DNA from: Haliotis rufescens
Lineage: Eukaryota
DNA length: 64,000 nucleotides
Assembly (NCBI RefSeq): GCF_023055435.1
Contig: NW_025963835.1
Location: 22,196,001-22,260,000, forward strand
Reading direction: 5' to 3'
Shown: one piece after another, positions 13,126 to 30,709 of the stretch
Layout of the letters: every line of letters starts with the position of its first letter
Position numbering within the stretch: the first letter of the stretch is position 1
The notes under the pieces: generated by a model
What the model saw: the letters and a program-made list of their open reading frames with translations, nothing else
Database searches by the model: none
What the model was told of the DNA's origin: nothing
Position numbers and translations under genes: made by a program

Positions 13126-13440
13126 CAGTAAACTATATTTATAACGAACACGCCATGCCGAACTGATGGATATAACGAACACGCCATACCGAACTGATGG
13201 ATATAACGAGCACGCCATACCGAACTGATGGATATAACGAACACGCCATACCGAACTGATGGATATAACGAACACGCCATACCGAACTGATGGATATAAC
13301 GAACACGCCATGCCGAACTAATGGATATAACGAACAGTTTTGGGGTCCCGTTCATCTGCTGTATACAGGTTGTATACGTTGTACGAACGAACGGTTATAA
13401 CGAACTAAAATCTATGGTCTCTTTTAGTTCGTTATAACTG
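13126..13440. mobile_element. Related MITE carrying a 31-bp tandem array (about 6 units, 13140-13335)
   Basis: TA-CAGTAAACTA start; unit GATATAACGAACACGCCATACCGAACTGATG. Confidence 0.75.
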
Positions 13441-13681
13441 TATATGGTGAAGGTCGGGTGAAAAAAGAGTAATTTCTGATGTTAAATTATTAAAAGTAAC
13501 ACTCGTTGATTAACACTGAGTTGTGTTTTTTATTTATGGGATTGGACGTACTTTGTTTTGCGTAAGTGTGAACAATATATCCACTAGTTGGTCACTGCAT
13601 TCCAATGCAACGGGTAACCTAAATTGTCGAAAATGTTTTGTGTCACAGTGCAATTGGCATCCCTTAAACTTCAAAATACGA

Positions 13682-13819
13682 GGGCGGTCGTGTAGCCTAG
13701 TGGTTAAAGCGGTCGCTCGTCACGTCATGGGTACAATTTGTGATGCCCATTTCTCGTGTCCCCCGCCGTGATATTGCTGGAATTCTGCTAAAAGCGGCGT
13801 AAAACCATACTCACTCACT
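13682..13819 (+). mobile_element. Short tRNA(Asp-like)-derived SINE (family 1), internal deletion, TSD caaaatacga
   Basis: GGGCGGTCG.GTAGCCTAGTGGTTAAAGCG head, (CTCA)n tail. Confidence 0.85.
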
Positions 13820-13954
13820 CAAAATACGAATTTAATTTCACATTACTGGAGTATGAACGCTTTGGACCGAGAACGTTAAAATCGTGTTAACGCCGGAGCC
13901 TGCCTCGGCAAAGTGAAATTCATTTCGTAAGTAACCACTGCCTAGACTGTATGA

Positions 13955-14118
13955 GTGAGTGAGTGTGTATGGTTTTACGCCGCTTTTAGAAATATTACAG
14001 CAATATCACGGCGGGGGACACCAGAAATGGGCTTCACACATTGTACCCATGTCGGGAATCGAACCTAGGTCTTCGGCGTGACGAGCGAACGCTTTAACCA
14101 CTAGGCTACCCGACCGCC
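13955..14118 (-). mobile_element. SINE family 1, TSD cctagactgtatga
   Basis: Full-length reverse copy with A and B boxes. Confidence 0.88.
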
Positions 14119-14810
14119 CCTAGACTGTATGATGTGATGAACATTAGACTCGTTCATGGTGAAACTCCTCTCACCCAAATCAGCTGGGCCTGCTTCAAAA
14201 CGAAGCTCATGCAGAGACAGGCGACAGCAGTCCACTGAAATGCACTGTAACACGTCTCCCTCATTCAAGTCAAATACTGGCTGGTATTAACGTGAAGCAA
14301 ACGACGCACAGGAACATAATTACGGATGACGCCATGTCACATATGGAACGATCACGTGACACATGAAGCTGAATAAGTCGTAGAAAAGTCAATCAATATG
14401 TATAAAACTTATTGGTATTGTTGTATGCATACACACCATAGACACGACCAGCAGGTATGTAGTTTAGACTTACGATAATGGTACGGGTTTTCATATCCAC
14501 GACTAGTTTAATTTAATCTTATTGACATTGCAATTGCATGTAGGAAGTTTTGTGGAATGATATGGAACATTAACGTGGATTTTAAAAGTGGATTTTGTAA
14601 TATAATTCGTTATAGCCGATAGATCGCTATATCCGTTGGTTATAGCCGATAGATCGCTGTGTCCGTTGGTTCGAAGCACCGTACCCAAGTTCGCCCTTGT
14701 ATACCGGTCTGTATCCCGGGCTCGTATGTTTCACCAACTCGACCACCCGTACCCCAACACAATATATAAAACACAGCAAGGAGGAAAATAGATACAGATT
14801 GTAAATCAAG

Positions 14811-15003
14811 TCTTGGAAGGCATTTAGAATGATACACATAAGGAAGAGAATTTATGGATGTTAACTTCTTTATTATGAGGAACACAACGTTTCGTAGTAT
14901 ATGCTCTCTGCCTCATAGGATTCATTCATCTGATGAAGGAGTAAGGATATACTCCGAAACGATGTTCCTCATAATAAAGAAGTTATCCATAGATTTTCTT
15001 CCT
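14811..15003. mobile_element. Inverted pair of Penelope-like terminal repeats with hammerhead motif (+ copy core 14930-14960; degenerate - copy about 14840-14919)
   Basis: CTGATGAAGGAGTAAGGATATACTCCGAAAC...AATAAAGAAGTT; left arm is the reverse complement of the same cassette; same family as 10841-10931 and 42215-42303. Confidence 0.65.
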
Positions 15004-15107
15004 TTGAAAGAAAAATCATTAGACATATTGTCCCGTCGACTATCACAACTACATACAGTGTGTTCCGGTTACAGGAGACGAACAGCAGTAATTTCCGTCC
15101 AGACATC

Positions 15108-18100
15108 ATGAGGTTCAACATGAAGACCGCGGTCACTTTGCTGCTGTTGTTTGTCGCCGTGGTGCTGTTCCTGTTGAGGCGCAGTCACACTGCGGTAACT
15201 GCCACGCGTCAACAGGTGGAAGTGAAGAGCTGGGCGGAAGAGTATGAACAGGCAAAGACGAAGGACTCCCTTATACTACCCGCTTCCGGCGTCGTTAACG
15301 TCATAGAGGAACACCATGAGGGTAGGTGACAAAGATGGACTGGACAGATGATTGTGCACGGGGGTGTCTGTAGGAGACGATGTTGTCGCGATCAGGTGGT
15401 GGTGTGAGTGAGTAGTATGGTTTTAGCAATATTCCAGCCCTGTCACGACCAGAAACACAAGAAATAGGCTTCACACATTGTACAGCGGGCCGTCGAACCC
15501 GGGTGTTGGGAGAGCACCGGAGGTAGGAGACAAAGATGAAATGGTCAGATGATCATGCAGTAGTGTATATGTAGGGGTCGAGTTTGTCTGATCAGGTGGT
15601 GATGGAGGAGACGATGGTGCAGCGATCGGGTGATGTTTGGGGAGAGTATGTTGTAGCGATCATGCAGATGGTGGTGGAGGAGACGATGTTGTAGAGATAA
15701 GATGGTGGTGGAGAAGACGATGTTGTAGCAATCAGATGGTGCTGGAGGTGACGATGCTGTAGCGATCCGATGGTGCTGGAGGAGAAAAATGCTGTAGCGA
15801 TCAGAATGTAGTGAGGTGACGATGCTGTAGCGATCAGATGGTGGTGGAGGAGACGATGTTGCAGCGATAAGATGGTGGTGGAGGAGACAATGTTGTAGCG
15901 ATCAGATGGTGGTGGAGGAGACGATGTTGTAGCGATCAGATGGTGGAGGAGGAGACGACGTTGCAGCGATAAGATGTTGCCGGAGGAGACAATGTTGTAG
16001 CGATAAGATGGTTGTGGAGGAGACGATGTTGTAGCGATAGGATGGTGGTGGAGGAGTCGACGTTGCAGCGATCAGGTGGTGGTGCAGGAGACGATATAGT
16101 ATTCTGTACACGTGTGTGTTGCTGCACTAATGTCCTAACTGTGGTAGAATAGGTCTTCAGCAACCCATGCTTTCCGTAAAAGGCGACTATGCTTGTCGTA
16201 AGAGGCGACTAACGGGATCGGGTGGTCAGGTCATGCACGTCATCGCATCCCAATTGCGTGGATTGATGCTCATGATGTCAATCACCGGATTGTCTGGTCC
16301 AAACTTGATAATTTACTGAACGCCATCATATAGCTGGAATAAAGCTGGAGTGCGGCGTTAAACAACATAAAAACGAAACAAACGGTACTTACCTGTGTGT
16401 CTGTTGCAGAACTGGTATGTGTATTCAAGCACTGATGCACTCTGTGTGTATGGTGCAGCACTGATATACTCACAATGTGTGTTGTAGCACTGATGCATTG
16501 TGAGTACTCTTTGTATGTGTTGTAACTCTCAATTTGATATTCTACATGTGTAGTGATTTACTCTGTGCTATTTGTTGCAGCACTGATGTACTGGTTCTCG
16601 GCCGCGTCGAATGGGACCATCAAGAAACAGGGTAACACCTTGGTAATATCCTTTTCGCCATATCATACCCTCATATATGTACATTTGCAGTGACCAGGCG
16701 ATGGTGAACAATATGTGAAGGCAATTGACGTTGTTACCTGAATATTCATCAGACTTGTGTCAAACCATACGTGAAAACACACTCTCTCATCCCCTCACCC
16801 ACTCTCTCACTCACCCACATACATTCACTCACACAGATATTTATATATGTGTGTGCATATATATGTGTGTGTATATGTACGTGTCTTGGTAAAATAGATC
16901 TTCACCAACCCATTCTTGCTGTAAAATGCGACTATGCTTATCGTAATAGGCGACTAACGGGATCGGGTGGTCAGACTCGCTGACTTGGTTGATGCATGTC
17001 ATCGTATTGCAATTGCGTTGATCGATGCTCATGATGTCAATCACTGTATTGTCTTGTTGAGACTCAATTATTTACAGTCCGCGTTTGGTTCAAGCCGCTT
17101 TGAAATGTTTTTCAGTTGTATCGCGGAATGTGATGTGGGAGGAAAACCGATGTGTTCCTATATGTATCTTACACGTTTACTACTTGTGTTTGTTTGTATG
17201 TATGTTGTCTGACGCAGCACTCAGCAATATTCCAGCTATATGGAGGCTTAAAATGTGTGAATCTCACGAGCACGACCACGCTGCTGTCAAACCAAGAATC
17301 GTAATCTGGGCAAAACGGGGATTTCACCATAGCACCATGTCAGTAACCGGAATGCACATCTACCACTAGTCTGTTTCTACCAATACAGGGCGGTACACAG
17401 ACATTTCTGTGAGAATTAAAATACTGAACAAAGCGCTCGACATGAGCAACACAAACGCCTTCATATGTGTTACTTTGTTAATCGACCATGATCATATAGC
17501 TGGAATATTGTGCAGCGTTAAACAACAAATAAACAAACAAAACAAACATTTGTGTTGAGATGCATTAGTAGACTGAGTTTTTAAGACCCATTTAGTAAAA
17601 TTCAGAACTCGCTGGTCGCAAGTACCAGATTCGTCCTATTGATGATCTTCGGTACAAGGCGAGATAATGTCGTACAACGCAAGATAAATGTCGTACAACT
17701 CAAGATTAATGTCGTACAACGCAAGATAAATGTTGTACAACGCAAGCTAAATTTCGTACAATGCGATATATCACGCGTCAGCCTCCAGTTTTATGATATG
17801 CAGCTCCAGTGGTATTCAGATGGCTTACTTTTTATCATTTATCTTACCCTGATCGACGTTAACATACTCTACTTCCTGTTACCCTGCCTTGCGCATGGCA
17901 TTAACAGGGTAAAACAATGCTGTCACACATTGTGATACAGATAGAAGCTCATTGTTCATAGTATTATTTACCATCATGTCAATAATTAACTGAATGAAAT
18001 GCACGGTCCTGAATACTGGGTAATCGTTTTAAGTCCTGTTTTAGTCCTGTTCTAGTCCTGTTCTCTTCTCTTGTGTAGTTGCACATAGATGGCCACAATG

Positions 18101-19697
18101 AAGCTGCCAGCCCAGTGCACTGGAGGAAGATGCCACTATTTCAGTTTCCAAAACGCCAGGAGGAGTTGAACCAAATGATGGAGAAAAGCAATGCTTTTGT
18201 CCACGTAATTAATCAAAATTATTGTTGGTGTGAGTGAGTGGCGTCGAGTAACATGAGTGAGTTGGTGAATAGGTAAGCGTGTGTGAGTTAGTGAGTGAAT
18301 GTCCGAGTGACCTGAATTCAGTTAAATATATGGTCAAGCTAAATATTAATTTCCTGCAAATGATCAAAAATCTATAAACGGTATGTGCTCATCTGAAAAA
18401 ATATAATTTTGAGTGAATGACTGAATTTGGTCATTCTTTCATCTTTCATCTATGTCTTAAATGTCAGTAATGTGAAATAGATCAGTGTAAGTTTTAATTA
18501 ATAACGTTTACTCTTCTGTCTAATAAATCTTCAATATATTGCCAGGTGGCTGCCGTCACGGGGTTGATCAACCGTTTCATATGGGTGTGGCCACCGTATG
18601 ATTCTGGCGGATATCAGCACGAAAACAGCGAGCCCTACGTGTCTCTGCGACTGAAAGTTGGGGTCATGTTTCAGCCAAGAGATAGACGTGATGTACTAGT
18701 ACACTGTGCTTGCGCAGAATCCGACCAGCTGAAGATGGAGAAGACGTGTGTCTGGATTGATGCTCATCGAGATGGTTCGGAGGAATATTTTGAAATACCG
18801 GAGTCAACATGTGTTGATATGTCTCTTAGTGGCACGGTGGAGTTCGTAAGTACAGGCAAGGCTATAGAGCTGGCTAAGTCAGGCACCTGGATCACGGCGA
18901 ATGACAGCATCATCCTGGACATTGATGAGGACTACTACGGCAGTGAAGCTGCATCATCTCCTCTGTATGAATCTGGCATGAGCAAGACTCAAATCAAAGA
19001 GATATCATCAAGTGTTGGGATGCTATTGTGTGTTGGAAATGCACACGATGAAATGATGGCTGACAAATTCTTCCATGACCTTTTAAAGATCATTCTCAAA
19101 CACATCAAACCCTGCGATAATAATGCAGCCGAGGGTAACAGCATATGCTCTGACCATCTTGCAATGACGAATGCAGTTATCGGCAATATATACGATATAC
19201 TGGAAAAAGCTAGGCATGTTATGTGCATGCCAACCCAATCTACACAATATATGCTCAACCGTCTTCTCAACGATCTGCTCTACCTCAATGAGCGTCAGTT
19301 GGAGGAACTGACAACCGTAGGCGTGTGTATGAACCAGTCCCCAAGAAGCACATTCTTCAACCTAAATGATGGTGTGGTGTTATGCCAGGGGTACAATGCC
19401 CCAAGGACAACGCTCATCCAATACCAGAGCGTGGATAAGGAGGCGATTGACCAGACCACAAACCATCTCCAAACCATCCTTTCCCACTCATTTCCTCCCG
19501 GAGTGGTGACTCTCGCCCGCTCTGTGCGAGATGGCTTTACTCCGAGGAAACATGCCCACACTATTGAGTATAAAGTTATCAATGTTTTGAAAACAGTGTT
19601 CCCAAACAGTATAGATGACAGTAGCATACACTATGACTCGCAGCTGCTTGGAGGTAAAGACGGGTGGTATTTTCGACACAAGACCATTAAGGCTTAA
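15108..19697 (+). CDS. UPF0489 (C5orf22-like) domain protein with N-terminal hydrophobic signal/anchor; exons 15108-15321, 16581-16642, 18079-18204, 18546-19697 (about 517 aa)
   Basis: Spliced translation gives VNVIEEHHEALMYW...NTLLHIDGHNE...FIWVWPPY...ILDIDEDYY...VTLARS, matching the UPF0489 motif order (VVEDH, HFDSH, LDIDLDFF). All junctions GT-AG and in frame. AATAAA at 19712-19717. Confidence 0.82.
15590..16095. repeat. 34-bp minisatellite in UPF0489 intron 1
   Basis: Unit GATGGTGGTGGAGGAGACGATGTTGTAGCGATCA. Confidence 0.9.
16141..16383 (+). mobile_element. SINE-like family 3
   Basis: Similarity to 30970-31228. Confidence 0.8.
16888..17102 (+). mobile_element. SINE-like family 3, degenerate
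   Basis: Similarity to 16141-16383. Confidence 0.75.
17666..17765. repeat. 21-bp minisatellite (about 5 units)
   Basis: AATGTCGTACAACGCAAGATA-like unit. Confidence 0.85.
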
Positions 19698-20099
19698 TCA
19701 TTCATGTTGGAAATAAAACTTGTGTTTTGTTCTTAAAACTAGCTGCCTGTGTCTTTCTGAAATTCAATATTAATACGGATAAAAATATACAAAAACTCAT
19801 TTTTATCCAAACTGATTGAAATAAAGGAGCAACCATTTGATATTTTGTGTGTCTACATTTAATTTTAAAAATATATTGTCCCAGAATATTTGTGTAAAAA
19901 GGTAATTATGCCTCAGACTGTTGTACAATAATTGTCTGCCACAAAAAATTTTTTTTTGTTGCAATGTGTTATTATATTGAAGAAATTCAATATCATAGCT
20001 TAAAAAGTATGAGCTGCAACTGAAAAATATCTAATCTCCAGACACAGCGGTTATGGAAATATCTGCATATGATACGTTATCTTTTAGGTTCACTCTCGT

Positions 20100-20830
20100 C
20101 CTGTTGACAATGGCCAACAACTTGGTAATACATTCAGGTCTTGATGACATTGGTCCACAGCTGGGTAATGCATCCTGGTCATGTTGACATTTGTCCACAA
20201 CTGGGTCATGTTGACAGTGATCCACAAATGTCATGTTGACAATGGTCCTCGGCTGGGTAATACATTCAGGCTATGCTGACAATGGTCCACAAGAGGGTAA
20301 TTATATTCAGGCTATGTTTACAATGGTCCACAGCCGGGTAATACGCATCCGGTGTCAGGTACACTCAGGTCACGTTGACAATGGTCAACAAAAGGGTAAT
20401 TGCATTCAGGCTATGCTGACAATGGTCCACAGCCGGGTAGTACGCATCCTGTGTCAGGTACAATCAGGTCATGTTGACAATGGTCAACAAAAGGGTAATA
20501 CATTCAGGCTATGCTGACAATGGTCCACAGGCGGGTAATACGCATCCTGGTCAGATACAATCAGGTCATGTTGACAATGGTCCACAACAGGGTAATACAT
20601 TCAGGCTATGCTGACAATGGTCCACAGGCGGGTAATACGAATCCTGGTCAGATACACTCAGGTTACGTTGACAATGGTCCACAACAGGGTAATACATTCA
20701 GGCTATGCTGACAATGGTCCACAGGCGGGTAATACGAATCCTGGTCAGATACACTCAGGTCATGTTGACAATGGTCCACAACAGGGTAATACATTCAGGC
20801 TATGCTGGCAATGGTCCATAGCTGGGCAAT
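20100..20830. repeat. Minisatellite with 97-bp higher-order dimer
   Basis: TGACAATGGTCCACA core alternates at two spacings; 97-bp period at 20511, 20608, 20705. Confidence 0.9.
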
Positions 20831-21537
20831 ACACATCATATGTCGATTTTTAATTCGAACCCACAATCACTTCTTCCTGGCTTGGCCAGCGAACTGCGTC
20901 GCCTTACAATTAAACGGCTGGACTCCCAATACTCCCGAACAAGTGTGTGTTATAATTATGCCCCTCTGTGTTCAGAGTGGATGCTGCTTTTCTTGTACAT
21001 ACTTTCTGATTTTGTTGAGTCTAATTTTTCTGATACTAGTATGTATGCAAAATGTATAGATACAATGACCAAATGACAGACAAATGATCACACAACCTTT
21101 TGTCCGCTCATAGTATAAGTCTGATTCGGGCACAGTTTACAAATCTGTATCACAATTTAAATCTCAATTTGCCCAGCACAAGAGAAGAAATCAAGCTTCA
21201 GCGATGGTCATACGCACGAAAGACACATAATTGTGAGCACTGTCTTTGCATGTGAGTAGTATAAACAACATGAGATTTCATGATCAGTAGATTTGTGACA
21301 TTGGTACAAACTGAAAACATAAATTTTGAGGCGTTTGAAGAATGTTTCTCAAGAGTAATTCTGTACTGGTGGCAGTGGTATTAAGGTAGCGAGGCTGGAG
21401 CGCCAGGTGGTGACATTGCGAAAGAGACGCTTTATTCTCCGCAATGCTGATGAGACCATCCCTGGTCAATCCATTCCGTAAGTAAGGCCGAATACAAAAG
21501 CGGAAATGCTGACAGCAAAATACGGCCAACGCTGGAG

Positions 21538-21900
21538 TATAAATAGATCTCGATTTGACCCACATAGCGATTGTTTGGGCACATGGGAAAGAGAAGAGTC
21601 AGATGCTTAGACAGTGCCAAGGTAGGTTACTTTTACTCCATGTAAACTGTTCCTTGAAATGCAACGCTGGTGCTGGCGACAGCCAAAGTAGAGAGAGAGT
21701 AGGGTTGAGTAATTTGGAAGCAGCTGTTGTTAACATACAAGTGAGATGACTCAGGGCATGCACGCACTGAACAGTTTATTAGGCAGCTCATATATCTGGA
21801 GGGGTCAGTCACATTCTTGTGATATGGAGCGCCGAATAATGATTAAAGGCGTTGTTTATTTCTACGATCTGGTTATACAGTTGCTTAGTGCTCTGGACAA
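21538..21900 (+). promoter_or_regulatory. Candidate promoter/5' non-coding exon of SULT-A (paralogous block at 33055-33325 for SULT-B)
   Basis: TATAAATAG at 21538; ATCTCGATTTGACCCA and AAGGCGTTGTTTATTTCT shared with the B block; donor-like GTAGGT at 21622. Confidence 0.4.
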
Positions 21901-22157
21901 TATCACTTACATTCATAGGAGCTACATTGCCAAACCATTTTTATTAATATGTTTCTTATATGTTTTGTAATACTGAGAAATAGGGAATAAAGTCTGATAC
22001 GCAGTAATTTGAATTCAAAGTTGCTTGTGGTATAAGTTTCCGTAGGAGGGGAATGCAATTGTAGACTATCGATTGAGGTTTTCTGGAGGCTACATGGGTC
22101 TCTGCTAGGTTGAGGCCCCAACCAATCTTCCATGTCAAAGTAGCAGCTTGTCATTTC

Positions 22158-22745
22158 CATGATAGCAAAGTAGCATCACGCCACCCATGATAGCAAAGTA
22201 GCATCACCCCACCCATGATAGCAAAGTAGCATCACCCCACCGATGATAGCAAAGTAGCATCACCCGACCCATGATAGCAAAGTAGCATCACGCCACCAAT
22301 GATAGCAAAGTAGCATCACCCCACCCATGATAGCAAAGTAGCATCACGCCACCCATGATAGCAAAGTAGCATCACCCCACCCATGATAGCAAAGTAGCAT
22401 CACCCCACCGATGATAGCAAAGTAGCATCACCCGACCCATGATAGCAAAGTAGCATCACCCCACCCATAATAGCAAAGTAGCATCACCCCACCCATGATA
22501 GCAAAGTAGCATCACCCCACCCATGATAGCAAAGTAGCATCACCCCACCCATGATAGCAAAGTAGCATCACCCCACCCTTGATAGCAAAGTAGCATCACC
22601 CCACCCATGATAGCAAAGTAGCATGACCCAACACATGATAGCAAAGTAGCATCATCCCACCCATGATAGCAAAGTAGCATTACCCGACCCATGATAGCAA
22701 AGTAGCATCATCCCACCCATGATAGCAAAGTAGCAGCACGTCACC
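22158..22745. repeat. 29-bp minisatellite (about 20 units)
   Basis: CATGATAGCAAAGTAGCATCACCCCACCC. Confidence 0.95.
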
Positions 22746-22829
22746 AATGTCGAAGTTGCAGTTTATCGAGGTATTTATAGTTCACATTTAGCGGTCTGTG
22801 GGATTTGAATCTAGTAGCACGTCATACCT

Positions 22830-24002
22830 TCCAGACTATAGGATTTCAATGTTGTAACACGTCTCATCATTAAGACGGTAGGACCTCAGTGTTGTGACAC
22901 CTCAAATAATACAGACTGTGGGGTCGCTATGTTGTAACACGTCACATCATGTGGACGATAGGACCTCAGTGTTGAAACACGTCACATCATGCAGAGTGTA
23001 GGATCTCTATGTTGTAACACGTCACATCATGTAGAGTGTAGCATCTCTATGTTGTAACACGTCACATCATGTCGAGTGTAGGATCTCTATGTTGTAACAC
23101 GTCACATCATGTAGACTGAAGGATCTCTATGTTGTAACACGTCACATCATGTAGAGTGTAGGATCTCTATGTTGTAACACGTCACGTCGTGTAGACTGAA
23201 GGATCTCTATGTTGTAACACGTCACATCATGTAGAATGAAGGATCTCCATGTTGTAACACGTCACATCATGCAGACTGAATGACCTCGATGTTATAACAA
23301 TTCAAATAATGCAGACAGTACGACAACAGTGTTGTTACACGTCACATGCGGACGATAGGATCTCTATGTTGTAACACGTCACATCATGTAGACTGTAGGA
23401 CCTCAATGTTGGAGTTTGTCACATCATGCAGACTGTAGGATATCAATGTTGTAACACGTCAAATCATGTAGACTGAAGGATCTCCATGTTGTAACACGTC
23501 ACATCATAAAGACTGAATGACCTCAATGTTGTAACAATTCAAATAATGCAGACTGTACGACAACAATGTTGTTACACGTCACATGCGGACGATAGGATCT
23601 CTATGTTGTAACACGTCACATCATGCAGAATGTAGGATCTCTATGTTGTAACACGTCACAACATGCAGACTGTAGGATCTCTATGTTGTAACACGTCACA
23701 TCATGCAGACTGTAGGATCTCTATGTTGTAACACGTCACATCATGCAGACTGTAGGACCTCAATGTTGTAGTATGTCACATCATTCAGAATGTAGGATCT
23801 CATTGTTGTAATACGTCACATCATGCGGAAGATAGGACCTCAGTGTTGAAACAGGTCACATCATGCAGAATGTGTGATCTATATGTTGTAGTATGTCTCA
23901 TCATGCAGACTGTGGGATCGCTATCCTGTAATGCGTCACATCATGCGGACTGTAGGACCTTAATTTTGAAACACGTCACATCATGCAGACTGTAGGATCT
24001 CA
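22830..24002. repeat. 40-bp minisatellite upstream of SULT-A exon 1
   Basis: GTAGGATCTCTATGTTGTAACACGTCACATCATGCAGACT. Confidence 0.93.
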
Positions 24003-24346
24003 ACGTAGCAGCTCGATATTCTTTGAGGCCTTGTGGTCACAGAGTTGTAGCACGTCACACCGTATCAAGGTGATAACTCATCACAGTTTGCAGGCTATCA
24101 GGTCAATAAGTAGTTAGGGCGTCAATAAGTAGCAGCCCCATGATGTCAGTGCATTGTCACTTCTGAAGAGTGTGTTCCCAATTCCCATTTCACACAAATT
24201 CCAACAAAAATATTGTTTTACAGCAGTTTTTCTTACCATTCAGTATCTGACATCTTTCATTTGAGATTCAAGTCTTGTATGACCATTTTCAGACTCTTCA
24301 GACACTCCGCTCAAGGCTTTGACGAATACGACAACCGACGTCCGAC

Positions 24347-29073
<4,727 letters not shown>

Positions 29074-30709
29074 TGGTCCCAAGGGGTGGGTAGAGTTAGA
29101 GGAAATAGCTAGAGTAGTAAGTAGAAATGGCTAGAGTAAGCAGTGCCGGTGGAATAATTAGTAATGAAGATTGCATGTTCGATCCGCGGAAATATATAGA
29201 AAACTTTTGAGATTTGATTTGCATTACATTGTGTTCCAAAGTGACATAACTTTCAAGCGAAAAACATTCATACTTTACAGTATAAATGGATATAAAAGGT
29301 TGAACACGAACATCAAAGTTGTATTAATAAAATTCCAGGGATATTATAAAATCCCTGTTTATGAGAATTAACCCCACTGGCGAAGAATTGGATGACGTCA
29401 CTGGAGATTTATAAAAGCGTTTGCAGTGAGATGGTAGGGCGGGTGGCTTACTGGGAGAGTGGTTTGAGTGCGTGGAGGGGTTGGATAGAGTAAAATGGAT
29501 GGTATAGGTGTAGAGTCGTAAGAACAGCGGAAGTGAGTGGAGCGAAAACGATAAAATGATGTGGTGCAAGACAATTGGTGGTGTGGATGGAGTGGATGTA
29601 TGGCAGCAGGCTCTGTTTTTCAGATTGAGAACGGAAAGAATCACAACACAGGTCATGTGAGCATACTGCTCTTCATAGCACGAACTGTGTACCATCCAAG
29701 TTTGGGAAACCATAATACCGTTTCATTGGTATTTTCTTTCTGAATATCTGCGTGTTATATGATGACGGACAATTATCGTCACTGTCACCCACAAGAGACA
29801 GCCAAAGATAGCGGGTGTCGCCTTTGATTTAAAAAGAGATCTGTTGGATGTTGTTTCAATGTCAATCATTGTCTATGTGCACTGTAAAATGAACTATGGC
29901 AATAATAAAAGGAATATAACTTTCTGTCTGCGCATCACATTCAAGCAACAAAGACAAAATATACTTTTATAAATTTGTATACAGATCAGTCAGTGGTGAA
30001 CTGGTACCTTTTCATGATTTTGGATGTTTGGGTTTTTTAAAAATTAATTTTAGCTATGTTTTCATGACGATAAATTGGATTTTACTGAAAACGGGGATAG
30101 TGGTCATTTCCGGAGCAGATGAAACTTGATTAATCGATCACTCTCGGGGTGATTCAATTTTTACTTGTTCAGTAAGTAGTGTTCTTCCAATTTGCCGCCA
30201 TGACATAGACGACCCTGACTGATGCATGAAGCTTATAAAACTCGAGTGAGGGGAACCAGCTCGCTTAGCAGAGGCACCACTGTACATGACCAACCACACA
30301 CCAACACAAGACATGAGTTAATCAACAGTCAGTTTATTAGACAGTTACAGAATGATTTGTGACTGTCTGTCGTCCGTATTTATACCTATTCTAACTACTA
30401 CATATAACCCCATTTACTGATTTCACAATTTCCAATTATTAATATGTGGCATGTAAAGTGATCAAATATTTGTAAAACTGGGTCCATTTTCCCATTGTTA
30501 CTAGTACACCCCTGTTCTTCTAAAATTGGTCCCGAAATTTCCATAAACAAAATATAATTAAAGATATTTACATTATAACAGATGGGTAAAGTGACATTGC
30601 TGGCAGTGTCGCTGCAGGTTTAACAGAGACAACTGGCAATAGTACCCATGATGGTTGATGAGAACATGCACAAAATGACTTCTTTTCAAACAGGGTCCAA
30701 ACAGCAGGC

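Noticed and set aside
20233-20853. Repetitive short ORFs (MLTMVH...), likewise 13009-13355 and 15902-16163
   Set aside because: Translations of minisatellites whose periods shift frame
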